A stretch of DNA of 64,000 nucleotides. Source: Mytilus edulis. Taxonomy: Eukaryota. The DNA lies in contig NC_092356.1 in assembly GCF_963676685.1 (NCBI RefSeq), forward strand, positions 40,548,001 through 40,612,000, read 5' to 3'. Below, one piece after another: positions 48,414 through 63,645 of this stretch (the stretch's first letter is position 1; each line of letters starts with the position of its first letter). The notes under the pieces were generated by a model that was not told where the DNA came from, did no database searches, and saw only the letters and a program-made list of their open reading frames with translations. The position numbers and the translations under genes were made by a program.

Positions 48414-49524
48414 TTATATAGAAAAATTAGAGTCACAATACTCAAGTGCATTCAAAATTGATTGATCCATATTGAAATATTTATAACTGGCAAGTCGTCC
48501 AACAAAATGTATATTTCTCTCTTTCTCTGTCAATGCTTTATATTGTTTAAACAGTTCCATATTTCTTTTGTTTGGAACAGGATAGTAGGGATCACCGTCG
48601 CTACATGTTGTCTCTGAGATAATCGTGGTGTGTGGCGAATCTTGATTGAGGAGATGTTTGTATTCTATTATCCTGGTAAATGCAGTTTCGGGACCCGGAT
48701 GATTAACGGCAGCACATGGCTGGAAGAATTTAATATTCTTCAAAAGTTGAATTTCAAAGTTTACGGATCTATACTCTAATTTGGGATAGCCAACATTTGT
48801 GAAGAAATCATCAATAGGACCAGAATATATAATGGTACTGTTCGAAATAGCAGAGGGATCAATGTCAAAATAGTCACATGACAGGCGTACTGTTATATTT
48901 TCATGGTCAAGGATGTTTTCGAAAACTTTTTGTATAACCATCAGTAGGAAGTGCTTGATATTTGTCACTGAAGTAACGGTCATCGAAATTATTTCTTACT
49001 GGTATTTTACCTAACACTGATGCATCCAATTCCTCTGGGTACCTCTCCCATTGTTTAAATGTATAATGCTTAAATATTTTTTCATACAAGTTTTCACCTA
49101 CCCTTGACGTGGCCATTTGATATCCATTATCAATATGTCCATGCTTCAATTGGTTTCGGGACAACCAGTCATCTGCTTCTTGTTGATTTGTTAAATGCTG
49201 TCCACATAACATATTAATAGTTGTTATGTTGGGTGGCAATGGTATGTATTGTCCATCAATTACCCCTAACACTTTGTGTTCCCATCTTGTCCAGCTGGAA
49301 AAACGATTTACGTATTGCCATATTCTTTCGCGATTTGTATGAAACAAATGTGCTCCATATTTATTAATTATTATTCCGTTTTCATCGATGTAATCATAGC
49401 AGTTTCCACCTACGTGATCTCTTTTGTCTACGATCAGAACCTTCTTATTTCTTTCTTCAGCCATAAATCTGGCCATGACTGCCCCTGAAAGACCACACCC
49501 GACAACCAAATAGTCTGTCTACAT
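48414..49524 (-). pseudogene. glf: UDP-galactopyranose mutase pseudogene (paralog of 31226-32335)
   Basis: Colinear with the intact copy (~27 aa differences by my count). Codon 2 is TAG (TCG in the intact copy), there is a +1 frameshift at ~48925-48931, and QWG>QWE and ARIP>GKIP alter conserved sites. Confidence 0.92.
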
Positions 49525-49619
49525 GGTATTGACGTATTAGTTTCAAAATGTTATGACTCTTATGATCAGCTTATATCCACTGCAAAACAAATTTAGACAT
49601 ACAACAATACATTCGGGGT

Positions 49620-50147
49620 TATTCAAGTTTACAACACATAGCAGGTGCCTATAAGATCAAAGCAATCCATCCAATCCTTACAACAAACACCTTAAACTAC
49701 AGAGAAATCAACAAAATTCCTATTAGAACTACAATTTCAACAGGAAATTACATACTACAATCAAATAGAGCCAAATTCAACAAATGTGAGGTATCTGCCA
49801 CCTGTAAAATTTGTAATAAAGAGGACGAGACTATAGAACACTTCTTAATCTCATTTACTCATCTAGAACCGGAGAGAGAAAATCATCTTAAATTAATACG
49901 TGAGCAGTGTCTTAGAATGTTAGAACTATTTAACATTAGTTTGATTGTAAACTTAATCCATGTGATAATTAACCCATACTACCTTTTGAAATTCTGTGCC
50001 TGCACTCAAACTAGTGATTTATGTAGCTTTATTAGCTTGCATGTTGAACCTGCTTGTAAAACACTTATATATAACCTGCATATGCAAAGGTACAAGCTCC
50101 TAAACACAGGACAGAAACACTTTAAAAAGTCATATTTAGCTAATTAG
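49620..50147 (+). mobile_element. 5'-truncated LINE, ORF2 C-terminal zinc-knuckle region
   Basis: Open frame reading HPIL...TGNYILQSNRAKFNK...TCKICNKEDETIEHFL...CKTLIYNLHMQRYKLL, in frame with ORF 49917-50147. Confidence 0.75.
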
Positions 50148-53100
50148 TACTTGTGTGTGGACTGTAACTTATCATTATTTAAAAGAAAATATATTTTAAA
50201 TTTCATTATTAAGACTTGATGTGTGATACTGGTGAAGAAATATATTGACATACTTCTATAGTGTACATACTTTATTATAATTCTATTGGCATGATTGGTG
50301 ATTGATTTATTACTTCGTACTGAAGGTGTGCCTATATTGGCAGAATATATAAAGATACAGATACAGACGAGACAATATCTGAAAATGTCTAATTTTTGGC
50401 AATAGGAAAGAAAAAAAATTGTCTTTAGAACAGACTGTGTCAGGTATTTTAATAGCACAAATCGAAGAACAAACAATGAGGATTCAGGAACTGTTGTCTG
50501 CAATTCAAACAATTGTTAAATGTGGTAGCAATGACAATTTTAAAAATGGTACACAAAATTCCAGTTCTTTCCTGTTACCAAAGTGAATCAATTTAAAAAA
50601 GATTGTCATGGGAATTAAGAATAAGTTAAAGATACTATATCTGGTTTACTAGTATATCCTACAATATTTTATCAAATGCCAATTATTTATTTTAGCATTT
50701 ACAATACAAAAGGTTAAGAAATATACTAAAATATAGTCCGATATGTCGGTAACATGAAAGAATCTTGAGTAACAGGACACAGTTGGTAACAGGGAGGAAT
50801 ATTTGTTTTCAAAACAATTCCTTTATTTCACAGTTTCAGAAAAATACATCATTACAAATTGTTCACAATTGGAAGATAACAGCAAACAATGTTATTTATC
50901 TTTTAAAACTTTATTTGCAAGATGAAAAATCTGCCTAGGTAAAGAAAAATTCAAAAATAAATTCCTTTCTGTTACCATTTCTACTAGTCTAGAACATGTA
51001 GAATTGCACAATGTTCTCTGCTGTTATCAAAAGTCAAAAACCTGTTTTTACATTCAACATGTTCAAAATACTGTATAGTATGTTGAGATTTATTAAATGA
51101 TGATAATAACTTAATATATTAAATGCAATGGATGGCATGTAGTAGATTAACTTTGTGTTTCATCAGTGAAATTGTCCTTTAACATCCTTCCTGTTACTGA
51201 TTATGGCTATGCTGTTACTTTTTATCAGGTAACATGACAGAACGTAACAGAAAGGAATTACACAGTACTTTTTGTCTTTTTATTTGATTTGTGTGGAAGT
51301 CTACTTCCATCTACATATCAATTTTATAAGATACTATACAAACACATTTAATGTTATAGTGCTGACAATCAAATATTCTCAGAAGGTACACATAAAGGCT
51401 GTAACAGGAATGAACAACAAAATTATTTTTCACTAAATTCTTGTCTTTGGTGAGCTGGGATTTTTCAAACTGGCTACCATTCAAACTATACATGTGGAGT
51501 CATACATTCAGGAAATGATGCTTGCATTATAAGAAATCAAATCTTGGTCTCTCAAACGTTTCCATAGGTGAAAAAATCCAGTGGTAATAGGAGGGAAATT
51601 ACCCCTTGGGACAAAATTTAATTTTTCTTAAATTTTCAAAATTTTATTACATGCTTTAGTTATAATAAATACAGACCAGTAAGGAACAAGTTTCTTATAT
51701 AATCTATTATATTAGTAGGGACTCTGTGGGATTAATGTAGGGATATTTCATAATTAATATCCATGTATTGTTTGAATGTACCCTATGGCAGAAGAAATTT
51801 AACGTACATGGTTTCAGAAAATCATTTGACCTTTGACCCCTAGCACATGTCAGACTTTGATGACGATACAAGTTTTCTCTGCCAAAATTTCTATCCTTAA
51901 TGCCAACTGAATGTACATGTACAAAAAGTGTGGACAACTTGTTTATATACATTGTCTTTAAAACTATTTTTTAAGTTTACTAAAATCTTATGTTGTAGTT
52001 ATCAGCTTTTTCAAATGATTAAAAAAGGAAATAAACAGAGATTATGGTAATGAGATTGCAAAAATGATAAAAATCAATTTGACTAAACTTGAACATATTT
52101 AGCAGGACTGTAGTTATTTTATTACTTAAAGTATGTTTATGATTGTAACTGATTTGGTGGAAATGAAAAATATATAAGCATAAAAAACTGGAGAACATAA
52201 AGGGGAAAAGGGGGGGGGGGTCGGATCAGGCTATTTTTCACTTCGGGATTTCGGAAACGAAGTATATATATTGATAGGGATTTCTGGATTTAGTTTAATC
52301 GAACACGGGCTTTATGTGTATTTACGTCCAGTAATTCAAGATTTTCATCTATCGGGACTCTTGCTTGAAAACAATTGCATTAACTTACCTTTCTGGAGCA
52401 CTTGGGTTTTACTCTTGTTTTTTTGTAGGAATTTGGGCCAATTTTTTTACTGTTTGATGTTGTTTAAACTTTTGTGATTGTTCCTTTTGTACCGGCGTTC
52501 ATTTGTTCAACGGTGTTGCTTATTTTTATATTACTTCTTGCATATATTTGCACATTGTTTGTTCTACAGTTTTAAGGTTTTTGGATTTCTCTGATATAAT
52601 TTGTTCATCTTGATCAAAGTTACAAATTTAAGAGAATTAATAATTAGCTAACCAAAGGATACGATTACACACAGACACAAAGCAGAATTTAAACAAGGTT
52701 CATCAGCACAAGATAAGTATTGTAATAAAAGTAACCATACCACATTTTCCTATATCTATTGTATCACAGTATCCTGGCTACAGACTAGCACAAAAAAAGT
52801 TGCAGAGTTAAGAAGAGTGATAACGTGTACAATGCACTATCATACTCCAAGTAACTGACGAACATTTCTTACCTTCTTTTATTGATCTCAAACTAGACAG
52901 CTTGTTTATGTTTCTTTTAAGTTTTCGAATAATGCGCAGTAGCCGTGTATATATAATCTGTTATAAACTAGATTATATTAATAAGATACAGGGAATCTGC
53001 ACAACAGACAGACTGGTTTCTTTGAACAGAACACAATCATCAATCAATTTATTTTGCAAAAAATAAAAACATGTAATTTTATCGAGGATTTCGCGATATT

Positions 53101-53761
53101 GTCAAATAAGGCCCTGGAAGTCGAGATTGGGCAAAAGTAAACTCGGGATTTAGGAATTGGACCCCCTCCAACCCCCAACCCCACATGATGGAGCAGGTCT
53201 TGCAGCAGTGCAAAAGGAAATCTTCAATAAAAATGCAATTTTAAATGGTTTTACCATGTTTACACTAGTCATATTTTGGGGCCTTTTATAGCTTACTATT
53301 CAGTGTGAGCCAACTTCGGGCTCCGTGTTGAAGACCGTACTTTGATCTTTAATGGTTTTTCTTTTTTACAAATTGTGACTTGGATGGAGAGTTATCTCAT
53401 TGGCACTCATACAACATCTTTTTATATCTATTGATCGTGAATGTCATGTTAGCCAAGAAAAGATACTAAAAGCCCAAGATTTTTTTTTCTTTTGTTGGCT
53501 TTATATAACAAGTACAAAGACATGACAAAAGAATTTTTCAAAATGTTCTAAATTAAGTCTGAATAAAAAGTTCCATCATCAAACACCATCAAACAGTTAG
53601 TTCCATCTTATTGCTCAGCATTTGTTTCACAACCTGAAAGTATAAAATAGTACAAATAATAACCATTTGTTCTATGCCTATATGTTTTTAACAAACATGT
53701 GAACTCTTTATCATTTTATATATAATATTTAAAAAAAAGAAAGAAGTATCTATCTTGCAAA

Positions 53762-53945
53762 GATTATAGATCGGTTGGTAAATGACCAGTGGCAAATATT
53801 TCATTATATTCAGGAGGATCAAAGATATAGATTGGTTGATTAATGTCCAGTGGCAAAAATTTCATTATATTCAGGAGGATCAAAGATATAGATTGGTTGA
53901 TTAATGTCCAGTGGCAAATATTTCATTATATTCAGGAGGATCAAA
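53762..53945. repeat. ~61-bp tandem repeat x3
   Basis: agatatagattggttgattaatgtccagtggcaaatatttcattatattcaggaggatcaa repeated three times. Confidence 0.9.
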
Positions 53946-55641
53946 AATATATATATAAAAATATTGTTTAGATCTGATGAATACAAAATTTAAAAACAAT
54001 TTCCAGTATTGTTTTCTGTAGTTGTAAACCTATATGATGTAACTTTGTCAATATTACCATGTAATTAATTAACCTACTTTCATTAAAATGTTAAAATACT
54101 ACAAATAATTCAGACATTTTAAAATCATATTTACCTTTTAGAAGAATGATTCTTTTGCTTATATACCTGGATTTAACCATGTGAGTGTGTGTACATGCTG
54201 ATTTTATGTTGTTAATTGGCCTGATGTTTCCTTGTTAGAGAACAACAACATAACTGTCATGAGTCATTGCAAGGGTTTTTTAATATTCAGAAAGCAAATC
54301 AGTTTCCATCCAATGCATTATAGTTAAATTAAGTCTCCATCCCCACTGGACGTTACTGCGTATTTAAACACCCAACACAGTCAAAAAGACACCTCCCTTT
54401 TTTAGTGGGTTTTAATACTAATGGAATGATAGAAGTCTAGGTAATTTACACTTATTGAAAGGAGAAATAAAATGTGTGTCATGCATATTTTTTTTTTTTT
54501 TTTTCACATATGTGCCATTTATTTGATTTGCTCATTCACAGCATTCTTATAATTAAATGTATTTACGGGAAAGGTTGCTGCTTTTAGTTAACTAGTTTGA
54601 AATTTCGGTGGTTGTACTTCAATAATAAATTTATGCAACAGAAGTATCAAATGTTTACCAGCAATGGCGGCCCAGTGATATTGTTTGCCTTAAATTACCA
54701 GAGAATAAAGTCTTTTTCCCCTGGAGAAGAAGCCTTAAATTACCGGAGAATAAAGGCTTTTTCCCCTGGAGAAGAATCCCAATTTGAAAAAAAAATGGCT
54801 TAACATTATTCCCATACAGTGCAGTCTCAGTAGTAATTGTGCATAAATACAAACTGGAAAACACTCATTTAAACATTTTTCATGCCTAAAATGACTATAT
54901 GTGCAGATTTGAGGGTCTATTTATGTATCATCACTGACAATAAGGGGTCTTATTTCAAATAAGGGTTTACCTCTTGAAAGGGGGTCTGCAAATTGAAGTT
55001 CCAGTCAAATTCATGGTGTATTATAAATTTCCCAATTTGATAAAAATGACGCATATTTTCCCAATAAAAAAGGGTAAAGGTAGTTTTGAAAGAAAAAAAA
55101 AACAATATCACTGTGGCCAATGTACATACATTTGGTCACATTTATTTATCAATAATTTATCATACTCAAATATATTGAAAGATAATATTGATTATTTCTT
55201 TCAATAAATTATCGATATTAAATTTCAGCAAATAGACTTGGGATCCCGCTAACATATTTAACCCCGCCACATTCTGTATGTATGTGCCTGTCCCAAGTCA
55301 GAAGCCTGTAATTCAGTGGTTGTCGTTTGTTTATGTGTTACATGTTTGTTTTTTGTTCATTTTTGTGCATACATTAAGTCGTTAGTTTTCTCGTTTGAAT
55401 GAGGTATATAATATACAAGGTTATAGATATTGTAACCCGGACTGTAACCTCGTATTTGTGCGCATGCGCGACCGGAACTGGGCGGATCCGTTAATTTCTA
55501 CTTTCACTTTTTGAAAAAAAATCTTCTATGTGGAGATAGATTTGTGTTAATAGGACATGAAACTTGAAACTGGTGAAAATGTAACAAATCTTGTAAAACG
55601 AGAGTGGTTTGATGTTGATGGTAATTTTTCATACACCTTAT

Positions 55642-55767
55642 CAGGGGCGAATCCAGCCATTTGAAAAAGGGGGGGGGGGTCCAACTATAAGTCACCATTC
55701 CAATGCATTGATCGTTAAAAAAGGGGGGGGTCCAACCCCCCTGAACTCTCCCCTGGATCCGCCACTG
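55642..55767. mobile_element. 126-bp hAT MITE with 8-bp TSD
   Basis: TIR caggggcgaatcc / ggatccgccactg; CACCTTAT duplicated at 55634-55641 and 55768-55775. Confidence 0.88.
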
Positions 55768-56049
55768 CACCTTATCACTATATGTCCGCCAATACTGGAT
55801 ATCACACAGGTTGTAGTAAAATTTTGAAGTAAAAAAAAATATCTGAAGCCACAAAGGAAAAATGATTGTTGTATTCGTCAAAAGTTCTATGCAGTCGGGT
55901 CAACCGGGGTTACCAATAATTAAGGTGTATTCAATATGATAGATAATTGCTATATATCTAGGACCTTGATTTATCTCTTCTGTCACTTTATGATATTGGT
56001 CGAGGGTGATGCGGCATGTGATACGGATTTTGCCATGTTATATACGCTT

Positions 56050-59000
56050 TATCATATATTTCACCAGACTTTATATATATGTCACCATACTTTATATATC
56101 TGTCCCCACACTTTATATATATATGTCACCAGACTTTATATATCTGTCACCACACTTTATATATCTGTCACCACACCTTTTATATCTGTCACCACATGCA
56201 CATTTTATATATCCGTCACCACACTTTATATACCTGTCACCAGACTTTATATATCTGTCACCACACTTTATATATATATGTCACCAGACTCCGTCACAAC
56301 ACTTTATATATCTGTCACCACACTTAATATATATCTGTCACAACACTTTATATTCTGTCACCACACTTTATATATCTGCCACCACACTTTCTATATCTGT
56401 CACTAAACTTTCTATATCTGTCACCACACTTTATACATCTGTCACCAGACTTTATATATCTGTCACCACACTTTATATATCTGTCACCAGACTTTATATA
56501 TCTGTCACCACACGTAATATATATCTGTCACCAGACTCTGTCACCACACTTTATATATCTGTCACCACACTTTGTATATCTATCACCACACTTTATATAT
56601 CTGTCATTACACTTGACATATCCATTTCCACACTTTATATGTCTATCACTACTTTATATATCTGTCACCACACTTTATATTCTGTCACCACACTTTATAT
56701 ATCTGCCACCTCACTTTATATATCTGTCACTGAACTTTCTATATCTGTCACCACACTTTATATATCTGTCACCAAACTTTATATTTCTGTCACCACACTT
56801 TATATATCTGTCACCACTCTTTGTATATCTATCACCACACTTTATATATCTGTCATTACACTTGACATATCCATCACCACACTTTATATCTCTATCACCA
56901 CTTTAAATATCTGTCACATGACTTTATATATCTATCACCACACTATATATATATATATCACCATACTTTATATATCTGTCACCACACTTCATATATCAAT
57001 CAGCACACTTTATATATCTCTCATTACACTTTATATATCTATCACCATACTTTATATATCTGTCACCACACTTTATATATCTGTCACCACACTTCATATA
57101 TCTGTCATTATACTTAACATATCCAACACCACACTTTATATATATCCATAATGTCTTTATATATCTATCACCCCACTTTATATATCTGTCACCACACCTT
57201 ATATATCTGTCACCACACTTAACATATCCATCACCACACTTTATATATCAATCACCTCACTATATATATCTATCACCTCACTTGATATATCTATAATTAC
57301 ACTTTATATATCAATCAACACACTTTATATATCTATCACCACACTTTACATATCTGTCACCACACTTTATATATCTGTCACCACACTTTATATATATCTG
57401 TCACCAGACTCTGTCACCACACTTTATATATCTGTCACCACACTTTGTATATCTATCACCACACTTTATATATCTGTCATTACACTTGACATATCTATCA
57501 CTACTTTAGATATCTGTCACCACACTTTATATTCTGTCACCACACTTTATATATCTGCCACAACACTTTCTATATCTGTCACCACACTTTATATATCTGT
57601 CACCAAACTTTATATACCAGTCACCACACTTTATATATCTGTCACCATACTTTATATTTCTGTCACCACACTTTATATATATGTCACCACTCTTTGTTTA
57701 TCTATCACCACACTTTTTATATCTGTCATTACACTTGACATATCCATCACCACACTTTTTATATCTATCACCACTTTATATCAATCAGCACACTTTATAT
57801 ATCAATCAGCACACTTTATAAATCTATCACCATACTTTATATATCTGTCACCACACTTTATATATCTATCACCATACTTTATATATCTGTCACCACACTT
57901 TATATATCTGTCACCAAACTTTATAAATCTGTCATTATACTTAACATATCCATCACCACACTTTATATATTCATAATGTCACTATATATCTATCACCCCA
58001 CTTTATATATCTGTCACCACACCTTATATATCTGTCACAACACTTAACATATCCATCACCACACTTTATATATCAATCACCTCACTATATATATCTATCA
58101 CCTCACTTTATATATCTATATTTACACTTTATATATCAATCAACACACTTTATATATATTTCACCACACTTTATATATCTATCACCACTTTATATATCTG
58201 TCACAAGACTTTATATATCTATCACCACACTTTATATATCTATCACCATACTTTATATATCTGTCACCACACTTTATATATCTATCACCATACTTTATAT
58301 ATCTGTCACCACACTTTATATATCTGTCATTATACTTAACATATCCATCACCACAATTTATATATCCATAATGTCACTATGTATCTATCACCCCACTTTA
58401 TATATCTGTCACCACACTTTATATATATATCACAACACTTTATATATCTGTCACCACACTTTATATATCTGTCACAACACTCTATATATCTGTCACCAGA
58501 ATTTATATATCTATCACCACACTTTATATATCTGTCACCACACTTAACATATCCATCATCACCCTTCATATATCAATCACCTCACAATATATATTTATCA
58601 ACTCACTTTATATATCTATCATTACACTTTATATATCTGTCACCAGACTTTATATATCTGTCACCAGACTTTATATATCTATACCCACACTTTACATATC
58701 TGTCACCACGCTTTAAAAATCTATCACAACACTTTATGTATCTGTCATCAAACCTTATATACCTGTCACAAGACTTTATATATCTATCACCACACTTTAT
58801 TTATCTGTTACCACACTTTATATATTCATCACCACAATTTATTTATCTGTTACCACACTTTATATATCTCCCCAAACTTTATATATGTGTCACAATATTT
58901 TATATATATATGTCACCACACTTTATATATCTGCCACCACACTTCATAAATCTTTCACCACGCTTTTAACATCTGTCACCACACATTATATATACATCAC

Positions 59001-60200
59001 CACACCTTATACATATATATATATATATATATATATATCACCACACTTTATATATCTGTCACCAGACTTCATAAATCTATCACCACACCTTATATATCTG
59101 TCACCACACTTTATATATCTGTCATCAGACTCTGTCACCACACTTTATATATCAGTCACTATACTCTGTCACCACACTTTATATATCTGTCACCAGACTC
59201 TGTCACCACACTTTATATATCCACCACCTCACTACATATATATCTATCACCTCACTTGATATATATTTTACTCCATTATTTATGACTTTATAAATCTATC
59301 ACCACACTACATATATCTGTCTCCATACTTTATATATCTGTCACTACACTTAACATATCCATGATCACACTTTATATATCACTCACCTCACTATATCTAT
59401 ATCTATCTATCTACTCACTTTATATATCTGTAACAACACTCTATATATCTGTCACCACACTTTATTTTTATCCACCAGACCTTATCTGTCACCACACTTA
59501 ACATATACATCATCACACTTTATATATCAATCACTTCACAATATATATCTATCACCTCACTTTATATATCTATCACTACACTCTATATATCTGTCACCAG
59601 ACTTTATATATCTATCCCAACACTTTATATATATATCACTACACTCTATATATCTGTCACTAGACTTTATATATATATATCACCACACTTTATATATCTG
59701 TCACCATACTTAACATATATATCACCAAACTTTATATATCAATCACCTCACTATATCCATATCTATCACCACACTTTATATATCTACCTCCACATCTAAT
59801 ATATCAATCACCTCACTTACTATATCGATCACCACACCTTATATATCAATCACCTCACTTTAGACATTTGTAAGTACACTTTATATATCTTATCACCACT
59901 TTATGTATCTATCACCACATTTCTATATCTATCACCACACTTATATATCCATCACCTCTCTTTGTACATCTGTTTCTACACTTTACATATCTATAATCTT
60001 ACTTTCTTTATCTATCACCTCACATTCTTTATCTATCATCTCACTTTCTTTATCTATCACCTCACTTTTTTTATTTATCACCTCAATTTATATATCCATC
60101 ACCTCGTATGATATAGCCATCACCACAGTCTATATATTTATCACCTAACATGATATCTTCACTTCATTTATCTATCACCACCTTCTATATACATATCACC
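56050..60200. repeat. ~21-bp minisatellite array with internal block duplications
   Basis: Consensus ctgtcaccacactttatatat; degenerate derivatives continue to ~62300 and beyond. Confidence 0.95.
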
Positions 60201-60743
60201 TCAATTCAATTTAATTTTTTCTATCCCCATACTTAATATGTTTGGTATATTCTCTTACTGTATAAGGCTATCACAACTCTATGTGTATCTGTTAAAACCA
60301 TGTTTATACCAATTTGAAAGTGGATATAAGCATACTAACGATTGATTTATATTTGCAGCAATCTGTGTATGTTTGCTGAAAACTAAAAATGATTCAGTTC
60401 GGCACCTATCATTGTAACTATTTGTTTTTCAACATGGTTGATTTTGTTGCACAATCATACACATTTCAATTTTGAAAACTATTATTGTCATCGTAGAAAA
60501 GACTGGTGTTTGTGTGTGTATCTTTTCAGAAAATGGGTGGGATTCTTATTGCTATATAGAGATATTTGAAAAACAAACAGAACATATTAAAGCACACCAC
60601 ATGACTGATATCTGGATAGTATATAAATACAGCCTAGCGATATATGTAGGACTGTATCTGTAGGACACCAAATTGAGGAATAGATATCTATGACCACACT
60701 CTACATATCTATCACCACTCTGTATAATTAATAACCTTACTGT

Positions 60744-61630
60744 ATATATCTATCACCACTCTGTATCATCAATCACCAAACTGAATATATTTTTCACCAC
60801 TCTGTATCATCAGTCACTATATTGTTTATCTCTATCACCACACTAGACATCTATCCCCACTCTGTATCACCAATTACCACACTGTATATAGCTATCAACT
60901 CTCTGTATGTATCTATCACCACTCTGTATCATCAATCGTCACAGTGTATATATCTTTCACCACTCTGTATCATCAGTCACCATATTGTTTATCTCTATCA
61001 CCATACTAGACATCTATCCCCACTCTGTATCACCAATTACCACACTGTATATAGCTATCAACTCTCTGTATGTATCTATCACCACTCTGTATCATCAATC
61101 GTCACAGTGTATATATCTTTCACCACTCTGTATCATCAGTCACCATATTGTTTATCTCTATCACCATACTAGACATCTATCCCCACTCTGTATCACCAAT
61201 TACCACACTGTATATAGCTATCAACTCTCTGTATGTATCTATCACCACTCTGTATCATCAATCCTCATAGTGCATATATCTTTCACCACTCTGTATCATC
61301 AGTCACTATATTGTTTATCTCTATCACCACACTAGACATCTATCCCCACTCTGTATCACCAATTACCACACTGTATATAGCTATCAACTCTCTGTATGTA
61401 TCTATCACCACTCTGTATCATCAATCCTCATAGTGCATATATCTTTCACCACTCTGTATCATCAGTCACTATATTGTTTATCTCTATCACCACACTAGAC
61501 ATCTATCCCCACTCTGTATCACCAATTACCACACTGTATATAGCTATCAACTCTCTGTATGTATCTATCACCACTCTGTATCATCAATCGTCACAGTGTA
61601 TATATCTTTCACCACTCTGTATCATCAATC
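60744..61630. repeat. 163-bp higher-order tandem repeat, ~5.4 copies
   Basis: Near-identical units; identical ORF starts at 60907, 61070, 61233, 61396, 61559; built from tcaccactctgtat sub-units. Confidence 0.95.
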
Positions 61631-62761
61631 ACCCTACCCTTTATATGTATCACCACTGTGTATTACCTTTCAACACACTGTATCATCAATCACTTCACTG
61701 TATATATATATTACCACTCTGTGTCATCAATTATCACACTGTATAATAATCACTCTGTCATTAATCACCTTACTTTATATATCTATCATCACACTGTATA
61801 TATTTATCACCACACTATATACAACTTTCACCTAACTCATCATATGTCAAAACAACTTATGTATCTATCACCACACTTTATATATCTATCATCAAACTTT
61901 ATATATCTATCATCACACTTTATACATCTATCACCTACCTGATCATATGTGACAACACTTTATATATCTATCACCACACTGTATATATGTCACCACACTT
62001 TGTATATCTATCACTTCATTCTATATAAGAAAGACCTCATTTAATTGATACACCATCTCAGTTTATATATGTATCATCTTATTTAATATATCTATCAATA
62101 CACTGTACATCTATCACTACATTTTATACATATATCACCACACTGTGTATCTGTTACCACAATTTGTATATCTATCATCTCACTTTATATATCTTTCTAT
62201 TAAATTTATATATCTATTTCCTCATTTTATATATATATGACATCCCTGAAAAATTTTATTGACCTCACTGTTGATATTTTTTCACCATATTTTATATATG
62301 TATCCCCTCCACATATGTCATGTATGTATCTTTTAACTAACTGCACTGTTTAAATCAATCACAACACCATTGATATATATGTCACCACATAGTATATATA
62401 TATATTTTACAGATCTAACATTGTTGGATTGATGTTTAGATGAGTTGTATATACATTATGTACACAGCCATGTATCACCATCATTGATGGCGATCCGATG
62501 GATTAATCTGTTGGAAAGTTGTCACTGACTCAGACGTACTTATATATATATCAGCAGGGTTAAAGAACATCAGTTGTTCGACCTGTTAGTCAAATGCGTT
62601 TTGTTTAAAAATACTTTTTCACTTTGTTGGTCTTTTGGAAAATGTTGTTTGTGCTGTTTTTAGACCCTTCTACAACGAAATTTGTTTGACATGCACACGT
62701 ATAAAAATTGCGGTTTTTATCCAACACAATCATAGGTTTGAACGTAGTTTTCAATTTAGAC

Positions 62762-62793
<32 letters not shown>

Positions 62794-63434
62794 CATCCTT
62801 TTGTTTATATATCATCACACTGTATATATCTTAATACTATTCTGTGGACCCTTTACCTCACTGTATATATACACATAATCCCACTATAACTAAGTCCACA
62901 CTTATCACCTATCTATATCTTTTTATCACCATCATATCATATTTATAGTAACAAAATGATTATATCTATCATCATTATTTATCTATTTTTCACCAGACTG
63001 TATACTATAACTTGTTGTATTTTCTCTAAGTCAGAGAAATGTACTGGTCATTGTATAATTTGCAGTGGAAGGAGATATGCAGATATGCAATGTCCACTGA
63101 TATATGTTTGTATAAGCTTGTATACTTGTTATGTAGCAATTATCAAATTCATTATTTATATTTGTGTTCTTCTTGCAGAAATACCAAACAACATTTTGCA
63201 GGAATTTAGAGGTCATTGGTGAAAATGGAAAAAAGGAAATGGTTCATCTAATTTTAAGTGAAATAACAAGAATAGTTAAATGATTTACAACCAAGCAGCA
63301 CTCAGAAATAGTGATGGTAAAGTATTTTTAGAAAATAATACTCGAAAAAAGATATATACAGTGTGGTGCTTTATAAATTATATATTCTCCATTGCTACAG
63401 TCGCTGTATTTAGCACCACATTCTTCATATATAT

Positions 63435-63645
63435 CACAACAGTCTCAATAGGGACCCCCATACTATGATTATCTATCACTACAGTCTCAATAGCTATCCC
63501 CATACACTGATTATCTATCACTAGTCTCAATAGCTATCCCCATTCTATGATTATCTATCACTACAGTCTTAATAGCTATCCCCATACTATGATTGTCTAT
63601 CACTACAGTCTTAATAGCTATCCCCATACTATGATTGTCTATCAC
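63435..63645. repeat. ~41-bp tandem repeat x5
   Basis: acagtctcaatagctatccccatactatgattatctatcact. Confidence 0.9.

Noticed and set aside
50510-51610. Region with recurring ctgttacc/ggtaacag motifs as a DNA transposon
   Set aside because: Suggestive of subterminal repeats, but I could not define TIRs or a TSD.
55936-61942. Long ORFs such as 56006-57151 (381 aa)
   Set aside because: Translations of the 21-bp and 163-bp satellites in several frames; no domain or splice support.
60529-63290. Possible + strand exons after acceptor-like sites at ~60529, ~62412 and ~63178
   Set aside because: Short, interrupted by stops, no recognisable protein and no consistent donors.
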